DNA from: an uncultured Verrucomicrobiae bacterium
GTDB taxonomy: Bacteria > Verrucomicrobiota > Verrucomicrobiia > Limisphaerales > Palsa-1400
Direction: 5' to 3'
Assembly: GCA_963702845.1 (NCBI GenBank)
Contig: OY969763.1
Span: 1,344,001 to 1,408,000, forward strand
Length of the DNA stretch: 64,000 bases
Below, in pieces: positions 19,380 through 29,027 of the stretch (positions are counted from its first letter, which is position 1; each line of letters begins with the position of its first letter). A program made the position numbers and the translations under genes. Under the pieces are notes generated by a model that worked only from the letters and a program-made list of their open reading frames with translations, had not been told where the DNA came from and did no database searches.

Positions 19380-20479
19380 GACACACCTCGCGTGTAGAGG
19401 TAGTTGCGGAACTGCCCAGCGTTGCCGGTGTGACCATCTTCCGCGGCATGAACGATGTTGACCATCTCGCGCGCGGTGACGAAGTGGAGGCGGTAATTTT
19501 TCCCGTCGTTGTAAGTGGTGAGAAGGTGTTGGTAAAAATCGGCCATCGGTTTTTCGAGCAGGGTGGCCATATTCCGAGGAATGCCGGCGTGGGTGTAGAG
19601 CTTGATGAAAATCCAATTCGGCTGTTGTTCGACATGGATGTTCAAGCCGCGCCAGATGTTCATTCGGTCCGGACGGGGAGGGTTCGCGCCGGTGAGATCA
19701 CCGTTTTCAATGCGCGGCAATAAACCGAATTTGCGACGTTGCCAATTCAGAGCGAGTGGGCCCTGGACCATTAGTAAATGGTCAATGGAGTCGCGGAGCG
19801 ATTTGGCATTTGCCGGCAGGACACGTGTGCGAGTGCCGCGGTCGTGTGATTTTGGTGCGGGTGTGTCTTGTGCGTAATAGATGCTGTTGATGGCGTGCGT
19901 CTGCGTGGCGTCGGGAGCGGAGGGCATGGTGAAGTCGGCGTAGCAGCCGGCTTTGCGCAAGACACCGAGTTCATCGGAGACGCCACAGTGCTTGCCTTGC
20001 GGATGGGAATTGTCCAACGCCCAATCGCCGTGAATGAAGCCAAAGCGCAGTTGACCGGTTTTGTCGCGCGCGAGAAATTTGTGCGCGGAAAAAAGTTCTT
20101 TGGCTCGTTCTAAAATTTCGCGGAGCGTTTCGGCGGTGTCGTTTTCGTGATGGAGATGAAATTCGAGTTCGCCTCCGCACATCTCGCAGAGTTCGGAGAG
20201 TTCATTGGCGATGTCGCGGTCGTATTGTTCAACCGGATAGAAGAACGAGTGCTTCGGATGACAACCATCAGTATCACGAAAGTTTTCGATCAACTTCGGC
20301 CATTTTGCCTTCCACGTTTCGAGGCGACGCAATGCTTCGGGTTTGTCTGCGTGATGCAATGGTTCGAAGTGATCGCACACGGCGAACATGATGTCCACGA
20401 CTCCATCGACGCGCGCGGAGCGACGCGCCCTACCATCGAGCAGGTATTGCGGGAGCCAATGTGTGAGTCCTCGAAACAT
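19376..20479 (-). CDS. Conserved hypothetical protein in EPS cluster (metal-dependent hydrolase/deacetylase-like)
   Basis: VCDHFEP, HSFFYP.EQY, EFHLHH, FIHGDWALDNS, GCYADFT.PS motifs. Confidence 0.85.
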   Translation of the reverse strand: MFRGLTHWLPQYLLDGRARRSARVDGVVDIMFAVCDHFEPLHHADKPEALRRLETWKAKWPKLIENFRDTDGCHPKHSFFYPVEQYDRDIANELSELCEMCGGELEFHLHHENDTAETLREILERAKELFSAHKFLARDKTGQLRFGFIHGDWALDNSHPQGKHCGVSDELGVLRKAGCYADFTMPSAPDATQTHAINSIYYAQDTPAPKSHDRGTRTRVLPANAKSLRDSIDHLLMVQGPLALNWQRRKFGLLPRIENGDLTGANPPRPDRMNIWRGLNIHVEQQPNWIFIKLYTHAGIPRNMATLLEKPMADFYQHLLTTYNDGKNYRLHFVTAREMVNIVHAAEDGHTGNAGQFRNYLYTRGVS

Positions 20480-20481
20480 GG

Positions 20482-21429
20482 CTAGGCTGTGGGACGATGG
20501 AGACGCCAGGCCAGCAGATCGGGTTCGGTGGCGGCGGAGACGCGCGGGAGGCAGTGCGGGTCGTCGCCGTTTACGACTGCTTTGGCTTTTACGGCGATTG
20601 CACCGGTGTAGGTTTTGCGAACGGCTGCGACGGTTTTGTCGTCGTAGTTGCCGTTCGGATAGCAGAAGTATTCGACCGGGCGCTGCAAACGTTCTTCGAG
20701 AAGGCGGCGGCTGCCAACGATTTCGTTATCGATTTCGTCTTCAGAAATCATCGAGAGAATCGGATGGTTCATCGAATGACTGCCGATCGTGATCAGGCGC
20801 GGATTGAGGCTGGTTAATTCTTCCCAGGTCATCAAATCAAATTGTTCGTGCTGCAATGGAGTGGGAACAAATTTCTTTGTGCGTTCGCGAATGCGCTGTT
20901 GAATTTCCAACCGTTGTTTGTTCGGAATTGTTTTCATCCAGTCAACGATCCCGGGACAATCTGAGGCGGGGGCTTGCAGTTCGCCAGCGAAGACGTAGCA
21001 GTCGACGTCGGTCAAGGATAAGAGGCGTTCGCGCGCGTCGTGCGTCCAAATCCATTCGTTGCGTTCGACAGCGCCGGGGACGACAAAAAACGTGGCGGGT
21101 GTTTCGACGCGTTGGAGAATCGGATACAGGACGGTGAGATTGTTGCGCAGGCCGTCGTCGAACGTGAGCGCAACCTCGCGGCCGGTGCCGGGGTCGCCTG
21201 TCAGCACATTTTTTATGATAGTTGAAAGGGGAACAACTTTGAATTTGCGCCGTAGAAAGCGCAGGCCGGCGACGAATGTTTGAGTCGGGAACTCGTTCGT
21301 GCCAACGCCGTGATACATCAGGATGCGCATGCCGCCCTGACGACGAGCTATGATGGCCGAAATGCCGGTCGCAAAACCCACCCGATGCAGGTGAGGGCTG
21401 AGGCGGCGTTTCAGTGACATGGCGGACAT
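20482..21429 (-). CDS. Polysaccharide deacetylase (CE4/NodB)
   Basis: ILMYHGV, LTFDDG, ATFFV, IGSHSMNHP, FCYPNG. Confidence 0.93.
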   Translation of the reverse strand: MSAMSLKRRLSPHLHRVGFATGISAIIARRQGGMRILMYHGVGTNEFPTQTFVAGLRFLRRKFKVVPLSTIIKNVLTGDPGTGREVALTFDDGLRNNLTVLYPILQRVETPATFFVVPGAVERNEWIWTHDARERLLSLTDVDCYVFAGELQAPASDCPGIVDWMKTIPNKQRLEIQQRIRERTKKFVPTPLQHEQFDLMTWEELTSLNPRLITIGSHSMNHPILSMISEDEIDNEIVGSRRLLEERLQRPVEYFCYPNGNYDDKTVAAVRKTYTGAIAVKAKAVVNGDDPHCLPRVSAATEPDLLAWRLHRPTA

Positions 21430-21460
21430 CTTTGGGAGGCGGTTCGGGATGTCAAAACTT

Positions 21461-22597
21461 TTACCATTTGCCCTCGCGATAGGTGCCTCGGAGATAGTTC
21501 CAGAAGCCGCCGACGGTCATGAGGTTGAGAAAGAAAAAACCGGTGGGAATGGATATGACGCGCAGGTTGAGCGATTGAAAAACGAGGCCGATGCAGGCCA
21601 GTCCGTAAAAAGTAATTTGGCAAGCGAAGATCGCGCGATACACGGGCGACGAGGCGAGGAAGGCGTTGGAGACGAAAAGCGTTGCGAGAAACAAGGGCGC
21701 AAAGATGCGCAGGTACTTGTGTGAGATGAGTTGCCACCAGAGGCGATGTTTCCACGGCAAGAGCCAGTGGGGGAAACGAAACAGCATCTGAAAGTTGCCG
21801 GCGAGTGTCCGCTTTTTGCGGCGGTTTTCGCGCGAGGCTTCGATGTTCATGGGGTCGAGGGAAATGGCGTCGTCATCGAATCCGATTCGATAACCTTGCT
21901 CGGCAATGGTCATCGGAATGACGACGTCGTCGAGGAGGACGTCGCCGGGGAGAGGCCGGAATAGTTCGCGGCGGATGGCATAGATCGCACCGGTGCAGCC
22001 GATCGAGGAATCCCATTTTGCTTCGGCGTTACGGATGAATTTTTCGAGGCGCCAATAGGCATCGACGCCGCCGCCGACGGATGAGGCTGATTTTTCGATG
22101 GAGTAGTTTCCGGAAACAGCGCCGGTTTTTGGGTCAGCGAAATTGCGAACCAGATTTGGGATGGTGGCGCGATTGAATTTTTGGCGCGCGTCACAGAAGA
22201 CGATGATCTCACCTTTTGCGACCGCAACGGAGGCGTTGAGACCTTTGGCTTTGCCGGAGCGTTGGTTCGACAAAATGGCGTGAACGCGTTTGTCGAGGAA
22301 CGATTGGATGAGGTTTGAGGTGTCGTCGGTCGAACCGTCGGAGTAGACGATTAACTCAATCTTGTCAGCAGGGTGGTCGGTGGCGAAAATGTTTTCGATG
22401 CGCGACCGAATGCGTTGGGATTCGTTATAGGCAACGAGAACGACGGAGACGGTTTGTGCAGGCGTCCGGCTCGAGTGCGAGTCGTTGCGTTTGAGTCGTG
22501 CGAGAAGGCCGATAAAAATCGGATATCCGAGGAACGTGTAAAAAACCACCGCGAAGCTGCCCCAGAAAACACCGCTCAGGAACAGTGGCGAGTTCAT
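21461..22597 (-). CDS. Glycosyltransferase family 2 (CESA/PgaC-like)
   Basis: AYNE, SDGSTD, GKA, VFCDA, TGAIYAIRR, LDD, E..RK.R...GNFQ; TM helices at both ends. Confidence 0.92.
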   Translation of the reverse strand: MNSPLFLSGVFWGSFAVVFYTFLGYPIFIGLLARLKRNDSHSSRTPAQTVSVVLVAYNESQRIRSRIENIFATDHPADKIELIVYSDGSTDDTSNLIQSFLDKRVHAILSNQRSGKAKGLNASVAVAKGEIIVFCDARQKFNRATIPNLVRNFADPKTGAVSGNYSIEKSASSVGGGVDAYWRLEKFIRNAEAKWDSSIGCTGAIYAIRRELFRPLPGDVLLDDVVIPMTIAEQGYRIGFDDDAISLDPMNIEASRENRRKKRTLAGNFQMLFRFPHWLLPWKHRLWWQLISHKYLRIFAPLFLATLFVSNAFLASSPVYRAIFACQITFYGLACIGLVFQSLNLRVISIPTGFFFLNLMTVGGFWNYLRGTYREGKW

Positions 22598-22604
22598 GTC
22601 CTCT

Positions 22605-24065
22605 TTAGAAGTGCGTGATGATGTAGGCCCAGAGACGAATCGTGGCGTAGGTCATTGCAACGGTGAGCAACAGGTCAATCCACGTAATGCGATTCCATAC
22701 AGGTTTTTGCACTTCGGCTTCTTCCCTGGCTTCGACTGCGGATATGCGTGCGCCGGAGCCGGTCAAAGTTCCGGGCAGTGCGGCGGTGAGGCCGGTCATG
22801 GGAACGATTGTGGCGGCAAGGGTATAGGCAGGTTGCAATGGAGTCAGGCGCAGCGCGGGGTCCAGCTGCGATTCGCGTTTTCGCGCGGCAGCGACTTCTT
22901 TTGCTTCTTCGGTTTCTGGAGATTCCTGAGCGAGCAAGTGACGGTGGAACGCGGCGATGGCCGCAGCCATCAGGAAAAAGGTCGCACGCCAGGCCTGACC
23001 AACCATCCACGACGAAACTACATAACAGATCACCAGGACGAAGAGGAGACGACGGACACGTTCTTCGGCGACGGTAGTTGTTTTTGCCATGATGACGGTT
23101 CGCAAGCAGCAATAGATAATGCCGAGAAACAGAAACAGCCCGGGTTCGCCCTCTTCACCGCCGATGTGAACGTAAGAGCTGTGGGGTGATTTCTGGTAGT
23201 GATTTTGACTGATGAAGGCCGGGTCCCAGTTTCCATAACCGACGCCGGATGTTTCGGAGCGCATTTCGTTCAAGCCCCAGCCGAAGGCGGCGATACGGCC
23301 CTGAATACCTTGCTCGCCACTGTTCAACTGTTGCATACGCGGTAGGGCGTAAAGCGCGCCAAAGCCGACTGTGATGGCGAAGAATAGAATGCCCAGTTGA
23401 ATGGCTTTTGGACGCCCGAGCGTCAAGCAACTGACAATGGCCACGAACCCGGCAAGGTAGGCACCTTTCGATTGCGTGAGATAGATGCAATAGAGAGGCA
23501 AGAGCAGGAGTGGGAACAGAAGAATTTTCACTGCGACGGGACGCTTCCAAAAACAGAGGTAAAACAACATCACGACAACGGGCACGATGCTGTGACCGAG
23601 TCCGTTGGGATTATTGAAGATTGACGTATTCAGGACGAGACGACCTTTCATTGCGCCGTTAGTGAGGTCGAAGCTGTTCATGGGATCAAAGCCGTAGAGA
23701 GAGACCACGGCGAGTCCGGCGATGACAATCAGCATCACTGCCCAAAGCGTCAGGAACCATTGCAACCTGTCCAAACGGCAGAGTGCCTGCACGCTCATAA
23801 TGTAATATAGGAACACTGGATACACCTGGCCCCAGGTCCAATTTGGGCCGGTGGCGACGGTCCAAATGAGAAACGCGACCATGAACCAATCGTGCGGCGT
23901 CTTGACGAGGTCTTTGAGTTTGAAACCGCGTTCACGCATGAGCGTGGCGATAATTGCGAAAGCCATCGAGAACGCGACGAGTCGAAGCGAACGCGCAACA
24001 CTCAACCATTCCTGCAAACGCAGGTGGTAAAGCACGAGAAATAGCGCGATGGCCGCAAAATCCAT
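22605..24065 (-). CDS. O-antigen ligase/Wzy polymerase family membrane protein
   Basis: Many TM helices; FNNPNGL, T.SKG, GR..AF, GVGYGN, PHSSYVHIGGE.G. Confidence 0.85.
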   Translation of the reverse strand: MDFAAIALFLVLYHLRLQEWLSVARSLRLVAFSMAFAIIATLMRERGFKLKDLVKTPHDWFMVAFLIWTVATGPNWTWGQVYPVFLYYIMSVQALCRLDRLQWFLTLWAVMLIVIAGLAVVSLYGFDPMNSFDLTNGAMKGRLVLNTSIFNNPNGLGHSIVPVVVMLFYLCFWKRPVAVKILLFPLLLLPLYCIYLTQSKGAYLAGFVAIVSCLTLGRPKAIQLGILFFAITVGFGALYALPRMQQLNSGEQGIQGRIAAFGWGLNEMRSETSGVGYGNWDPAFISQNHYQKSPHSSYVHIGGEEGEPGLFLFLGIIYCCLRTVIMAKTTTVAEERVRRLLFVLVICYVVSSWMVGQAWRATFFLMAAAIAAFHRHLLAQESPETEEAKEVAAARKRESQLDPALRLTPLQPAYTLAATIVPMTGLTAALPGTLTGSGARISAVEAREEAEVQKPVWNRITWIDLLLTVAMTYATIRLWAYIITHF

Positions 24066-24154
24066 ATCTTAAGCGCCAGATTTTAGCAGAGGCGATGCTG
24101 TGCCGAAATAAAAAACTCAGTGTTTTCCCTCATGCTGCCGGTTGCGGCGCAGGG

Positions 24155-24832
24155 CTAAGTGAGTTGGCCGTCCACCACCTGAAGGACGCGCGGCGCGCGG
24201 GCGGCAATGGTGGCGTCGTGGGTGGCCATGATGAGCGTTGCCTGGCGCTCGGTGCGAAGCGCGCAGAGAAGTTGGATAATTTCGTCGCCGGTGTGGGAAT
24301 CGAGATTGCCGGTTGGTTCGTCGGCGAGGACAAGGTCGGGTTCGTTGATCAAAGCGCGTGCGATGGCAACGCGTTGTTGTTCGCCACCGGAAAGTTCGTA
24401 GGGCCGATGCTCCATGCGTTGGCCAAGGCCGACGCGTTCGAGTAGATGGCGAGCGCGCGGGACGACGACGTCGATAGCTACGCGGGCCATGCGCGCGGGG
24501 AGCATGACGTTTTCGATGGCACTGAGCTCCGGGAGTAAGTGATAGGCCTGGAACACGAAACCGACGCGGCGATTGCGCAGCTGAGTCAATTTGTTGCTGG
24601 ATAGTTGGCGGAGATTTTGATTATCGAAAATTACGTCGCCCTCGTTCGGCAGGTCGAGTCCGCCGAGCAGGTGCAATAAAGTGCTCTTGCCGGCGCCGGA
24701 TGCGCCGCGAAGCGCAAGGAATTCGCCGCGTTGCACGGAAAGCGAAACGTCGCGCAGGACGTCGAGTTTTCGCGCGCCCATAATGTAGGTCTTGCAAACG
24801 TTTTGGGCGATGAGGATTGGGGCATCACTCAT
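24155..24832 (-). CDS. lolD: Lipoprotein-releasing ABC transporter ATP-binding protein
   Basis: GASGAGKSTLL, GFVFQ.YHLLPE, LSGGEQQRVAIARAL, LADEPTGNLD; coupled to the permease gene. Confidence 0.88.
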   Translation of the reverse strand: MSDAPILIAQNVCKTYIMGARKLDVLRDVSLSVQRGEFLALRGASGAGKSTLLHLLGGLDLPNEGDVIFDNQNLRQLSSNKLTQLRNRRVGFVFQAYHLLPELSAIENVMLPARMARVAIDVVVPRARHLLERVGLGQRMEHRPYELSGGEQQRVAIARALINEPDLVLADEPTGNLDSHTGDEIIQLLCALRTERQATLIMATHDATIAARAPRVLQVVDGQLT

Positions 24833-26102
24833 AGCGCAACGCCTCCACCGGTTGCAGACGACTGGCTTTCCACGCGGGGAACAGGCCGGCCAGAATGCAG
24901 GCCAGAAATGCAGTGCCGCAGATCACGGCAATGTCGAACGGTTCGACGGAAGCGGGCAGTTCGTAAACTTGGTAAATCGATGCCGGAAGCAAAGGCATGT
25001 TGGTGATGTGACGCATGAATTGCAGGAATTCATTGCGGTAATGCACTGCAATGAGCGCGAGTCCAAGGCCGAGCCCAACCCCGAGCACGCCAACGACAAC
25101 GCTTTGGCTCAGGAAAATCCACAGAACCTGACGGCTGCCGGCACCCAGTGCTTTTAAAATTCCTATCTCGCGGGTTTTTTGAACAACGAAGGTAATTTGG
25201 CAATTCACGATGCCGAACGCGGCGACGATCATGATGAAGAATAGCAGGAAGAACATCATGTTTTTTTCGACGGCGAGCGCACTGAAGATTTCAGGGTTCA
25301 ATTGTTTCCAGGTGCGAACCGATAAATCGCCGCCCAATGTTTTGTAGAGACGTTGCGCGACAGCTTCGGCGGCGAACGGGTCTTTGAGTTTAACTTGCAG
25401 GCCGTGGACAGAGCCTTCTTCGAGGCCGAGGAGTTCCTGCGCGTTATCAATTGAGGTGACGACGATCTGACTGTTGAAATCAGCGAAGCCGACATCGAAA
25501 ATCCCCCGGATGACGTATTCTTCCGGAACATAGCCTTCGGCGGGCGCATTTGTTTTATTGGCCGAGGCGTATTTTTCCAATGCTTTTGGTCCGGACACGG
25601 CGATTCGGTCACCGATTTCAAGGCCCATGCCTTCGGCAAAATCTCTGCCGATGACAACGCCGTTGCCGGTGAGATCGAGCTCGCCGCGGACGATGCTGGT
25701 AGGCAGGACGCTGACGCTGCCTTGCTGTTTCGGGTCGATGCCGAGGACCATCGGGACGTCGAAACGGGGGGAGCCGGAGGAGGGCTGTGTTTTTACCAGG
25801 ACTTTGCTGGCGATAAATGGAGCGACGCCGACTACTTCCGGATCTTTTTTGATCTGTTCGGTGAGCGTGTCGTAATTCGTCATGATTCCGCTGGCGGGAA
25901 GGACTTTCAAATGCGCGTTGAAACCGAGAATGCGATTGCGCCATTCCTGGTCAAAGCCGCTCATGACGCTGATGACAACGATCAACACCGCCACGCCGAC
26001 GAGCACTCCGAGAACGGAGATAATTGTGATAATCGAAACGAATGTGCGGCGTGGTCGCAGATAGCGAAACGCGAGCATTGCTTCGAATGGGAGCCTTGAC
26101 AT
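24825..26102 (-). CDS. lolC: Lipoprotein-releasing ABC transporter permease (LolC/E)
   Basis: AFRYL, V.SVMSGF, EKNMMF, K.REIGILKALG, FPAWKASRL.PVEALRYE. Confidence 0.88.
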   Translation of the reverse strand: MSRLPFEAMLAFRYLRPRRTFVSIITIISVLGVLVGVAVLIVVISVMSGFDQEWRNRILGFNAHLKVLPASGIMTNYDTLTEQIKKDPEVVGVAPFIASKVLVKTQPSSGSPRFDVPMVLGIDPKQQGSVSVLPTSIVRGELDLTGNGVVIGRDFAEGMGLEIGDRIAVSGPKALEKYASANKTNAPAEGYVPEEYVIRGIFDVGFADFNSQIVVTSIDNAQELLGLEEGSVHGLQVKLKDPFAAEAVAQRLYKTLGGDLSVRTWKQLNPEIFSALAVEKNMMFFLLFFIMIVAAFGIVNCQITFVVQKTREIGILKALGAGSRQVLWIFLSQSVVVGVLGVGLGLGLALIAVHYRNEFLQFMRHITNMPLLPASIYQVYELPASVEPFDIAVICGTAFLACILAGLFPAWKASRLQPVEALRYE

Positions 26103-26152
26103 CTCGCTGGCAGGTTAGAACTCGCCAAGTTGACTGTCAACGTCGCGACACC

Positions 26153-28156
26153 TTAAGCAGCTTCGGGGATTCCTATGACGCTGACGAAGGGGGGAAGCGG
26201 ACAGCCGATGGCGTCGGCGATGGCCCGGAGCATTTCGGCTTCTTCTTCTTTGACCAAAGAATCACACGCGACCACGAGCGCGCAGGCGTTCAGGATTTGC
26301 CTTTTCACCGGGGGAGCGGCCTGGGTGATTTTTTGAATGGCCGCGTCAATCTGCGGGAGATTGCATTCATCGTGAGACAGCAGCGAAATTTGTTTGTTCG
26401 GCGGAAGTTCCAGGTCGTCGGCGCCGGTTTGGAACGCGGCGGCAATCTCGGAATTGACCTCGCTGCCTTCATAAGCAAGGGCTGAAAACAGAACGGCGCA
26501 TTCCGGTGCGAGGCCGGCAGCGGCGTAGTATTGCGCGATTGCGGGTTTGGCTGGTTTGAAATAAGGCGCAAGGTGGCGGAGCAGGGCTTTTTGCAGACCG
26601 TATTCAAATAGCGATATTTCGGCGTCGCTCTCGATCAATTGTTGGACGATGTTCGAAAAGTCGTCGAATTGCTGTCGCGACATTTGCCGGAGGGACGGGG
26701 TTGCAAGATTTACGAGCGCGAGTTTTTGTCCATTGGTCAGATTGCCGGTAGTCGGAAAATATTGCTGGGCGACGCTGATGAGCGACGTGTTTGCGGCTGG
26801 GCCTAAATCGTTGAGCTGCCTGGCGCGGGCGCGTTCGTCGGGCAGAAGCAACATCGCATAGATAAGGGCGGTCGCGCCAAATGGTTCGCGGGCGGCAGCG
26901 GCGATGTCCGGGGGTATCGATGCGGTTAGCCCAGCGGCGTAGGTGAGATGTTGTGGGGTGAGCCGATGCCTTTGGACGGGTGGCGTCCTGTCGTTGAGTA
27001 CTTGTGCGATTTGAACGATGGTCGCGGTTGGCATCCGTGTAATCCGTGGAATGTCGTTGACGGAGGTGATAAGCGGTGGTGCCTCGCCGGCTTCCCGCTT
27101 TTGTGCAGGTATACTTTTGATGTACTCGAAATTGCCTTTAAAGGAGGGATCGAGCGCACGGATTCGCTGTTCGAGGGGCGGATGCGTGGAAAGTAGTCCG
27201 AGGAAGGAATCTGGCATGACATCACTGAAGAACATGTGACTGGCTTCATCGGCTTCTGCACCGGTAATTCGTGAACCGAAAACCAGTCCGCCGATTTTTT
27301 TCAGCGCCCCGGCGAGTGCTTGCGGGTTACGGGTGAATTGGACAGCCGCAGCGTCGGCAAGACATTCGCGCTGGCGACAGACTGCGCATTTGATAAGACG
27401 TCCGAAGAAGTAGCCGATGGAGCCAATTGCGAACAGCGCGGCGCCGATAACGACGAGCGGAGCACCACGTCGGCCGCCCGACCAGCCACAGCTATCCTCG
27501 TCCCAATACAGATTCGCGAGGAACTTGCCAGTGAGTGAAATGAACAGGATGCCATAGAGAAAAGACATCAGCCACAGATTCAGGTGCATGTCGCCATTCA
27601 GGAGATGGCTGAATTCGTGGCCCACGATGGCTTGGAGTTCGTCGCGGTTCAGAAGTCGAATTGCGCCGTCCGTGACGCCGAGTGCTGCATCTTTCGAATC
27701 GTGCCCAGCGACGAACGCATTAATGCAGTTTTCTTCCGCGAGCACGTAAACTTCCGGCACGGGAACGCCTGAAGCGATCGCCATTTCTTCGACGACATCA
27801 AGTAGTCGCCGTTCATCTGGATCGGTCGTGTTGCTGTTGACGCGCCGTCCGCCGAGCATGGCTGCGACTGCCGGACCGCCACAGGCGAGTTGTTGGGCTT
27901 TGTAGAGCGCGGCGAGGGTAACGGCAAAAATAGTGACGCCCGACACGATGCCAAGCAGTTGCCAATCGATGGCGGAGGGATGATAGACCTGTTGTATATA
28001 ATTATGACGGCGCGAATGGAACCCGTGAAACGCCAGGGCGAAAATAACCACGAAGTAAATGCCAAGAATCGTGAGCGCTACCGATGGCAGAAAGTAACAA
28101 AGCAACAGCTTTGTCTTTCGGCGGGCAATATTTTGTCGCTCAAAGAAGTCGGTCAT
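26153..28156 (-). CDS. M48 family metallopeptidase (HtpX-like, long form)
   Basis: VVEEMAIASG, INAF, HEFSH (HExxH), ADAAAVQFTRNP, THPPL; follows lemA. Confidence 0.93.
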   Translation of the reverse strand: MTDFFERQNIARRKTKLLLCYFLPSVALTILGIYFVVIFALAFHGFHSRRHNYIQQVYHPSAIDWQLLGIVSGVTIFAVTLAALYKAQQLACGGPAVAAMLGGRRVNSNTTDPDERRLLDVVEEMAIASGVPVPEVYVLAEENCINAFVAGHDSKDAALGVTDGAIRLLNRDELQAIVGHEFSHLLNGDMHLNLWLMSFLYGILFISLTGKFLANLYWDEDSCGWSGGRRGAPLVVIGAALFAIGSIGYFFGRLIKCAVCRQRECLADAAAVQFTRNPQALAGALKKIGGLVFGSRITGAEADEASHMFFSDVMPDSFLGLLSTHPPLEQRIRALDPSFKGNFEYIKSIPAQKREAGEAPPLITSVNDIPRITRMPTATIVQIAQVLNDRTPPVQRHRLTPQHLTYAAGLTASIPPDIAAAAREPFGATALIYAMLLLPDERARARQLNDLGPAANTSLISVAQQYFPTTGNLTNGQKLALVNLATPSLRQMSRQQFDDFSNIVQQLIESDAEISLFEYGLQKALLRHLAPYFKPAKPAIAQYYAAAGLAPECAVLFSALAYEGSEVNSEIAAAFQTGADDLELPPNKQISLLSHDECNLPQIDAAIQKITQAAPPVKRQILNACALVVACDSLVKEEEAEMLRAIADAIGCPLPPFVSVIGIPEAA

Positions 28157-28747
28157 GAGAAGGACACGGACGGGGTTTGGCGATCGGTTGCATTGTCGAT
28201 TTGGAAGAATTCAGCGGGCGTAAAATGATACCAGTTGGCAATCATGTTTGCGGGCACTTTTTGGATCGCTGTGTTGTAGAACATGACCGAGTCATTGTAG
28301 GCCTGCCGGGCGAGGCCGACGCGGTTTTCGGTGGTGGTGAGTTCTTCCATCAATTGAAGCATGACCTGATTCGCTTTCGAGATCCGGATAAGCTTCGGCG
28401 ATGGCAAACAGCCGGCTCAGTGAGGTGGTGAGATTTGTTTCGGCACTGCCGAGTTGGGTCATCGCGGCAGCTTCCCCGGGCGCAGCAGCGGCGGCTTGCG
28501 CGGCATTGACAGCAGCGCCGCGGGCAGTTGCGACTTCGTCAAGTGTTCCACGCTCGTGTTGGAGGTATCCCTTGGCGGTTTCGACGATGTTCGGGATTAA
28601 GTCGTGCCGACGTTTTAGTTGCACGTCGATTTGTGAAAAGGCGTTTTTGTAGGCGTTGCGCAATGCGATCAATCGATTGTAAAACGCAAAGCCAAGGAGT
28701 GCCGCGAGCATCGGCAAAGCAACCAGCGCCAAAATAGCGTAGATCAT
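28153..28747 (-). CDS. lemA: LemA family protein (frameshift near 28380)
   Basis: YNRLI.LRN...NAFSQIDVQLKRRHDLIPN, EAYPDL, then in another frame KANQ..LQLMEEL.TTENR..ARQAYND. Confidence 0.92.
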
Positions 28748-29027
28748 ACACACCAGTAAATAAGACCAGCGGCGTGCAAGCAATTACAGGATTACGATGA
28801 TTTTGGAATGTGTCCGCCGCGGCCGATCAATTGGCCGCGGATTCAAGCCGTTCGCATTTCGGTTTCTGCGCGCATCTTTGCACAGCCTTCAGCCAGCCAT
28901 TTACGTCGACTCTCGCAGCTACCAAACCGCGCATGTCGAAGGGCGCGCCTTTGCTATCGTCGGTCATTATCCGGAGACGGATTCGCAGATGTTGTCGGTC
29001 CAATTGGCACGCTGATCGGGCGGTCGT

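Noticed and set aside
28797..29015. 72-aa + strand ORF and a GC palindrome between lemA and the giant gene
   Set aside because: No recognisable motif, RBS or composition support; cannot be distinguished from chance.
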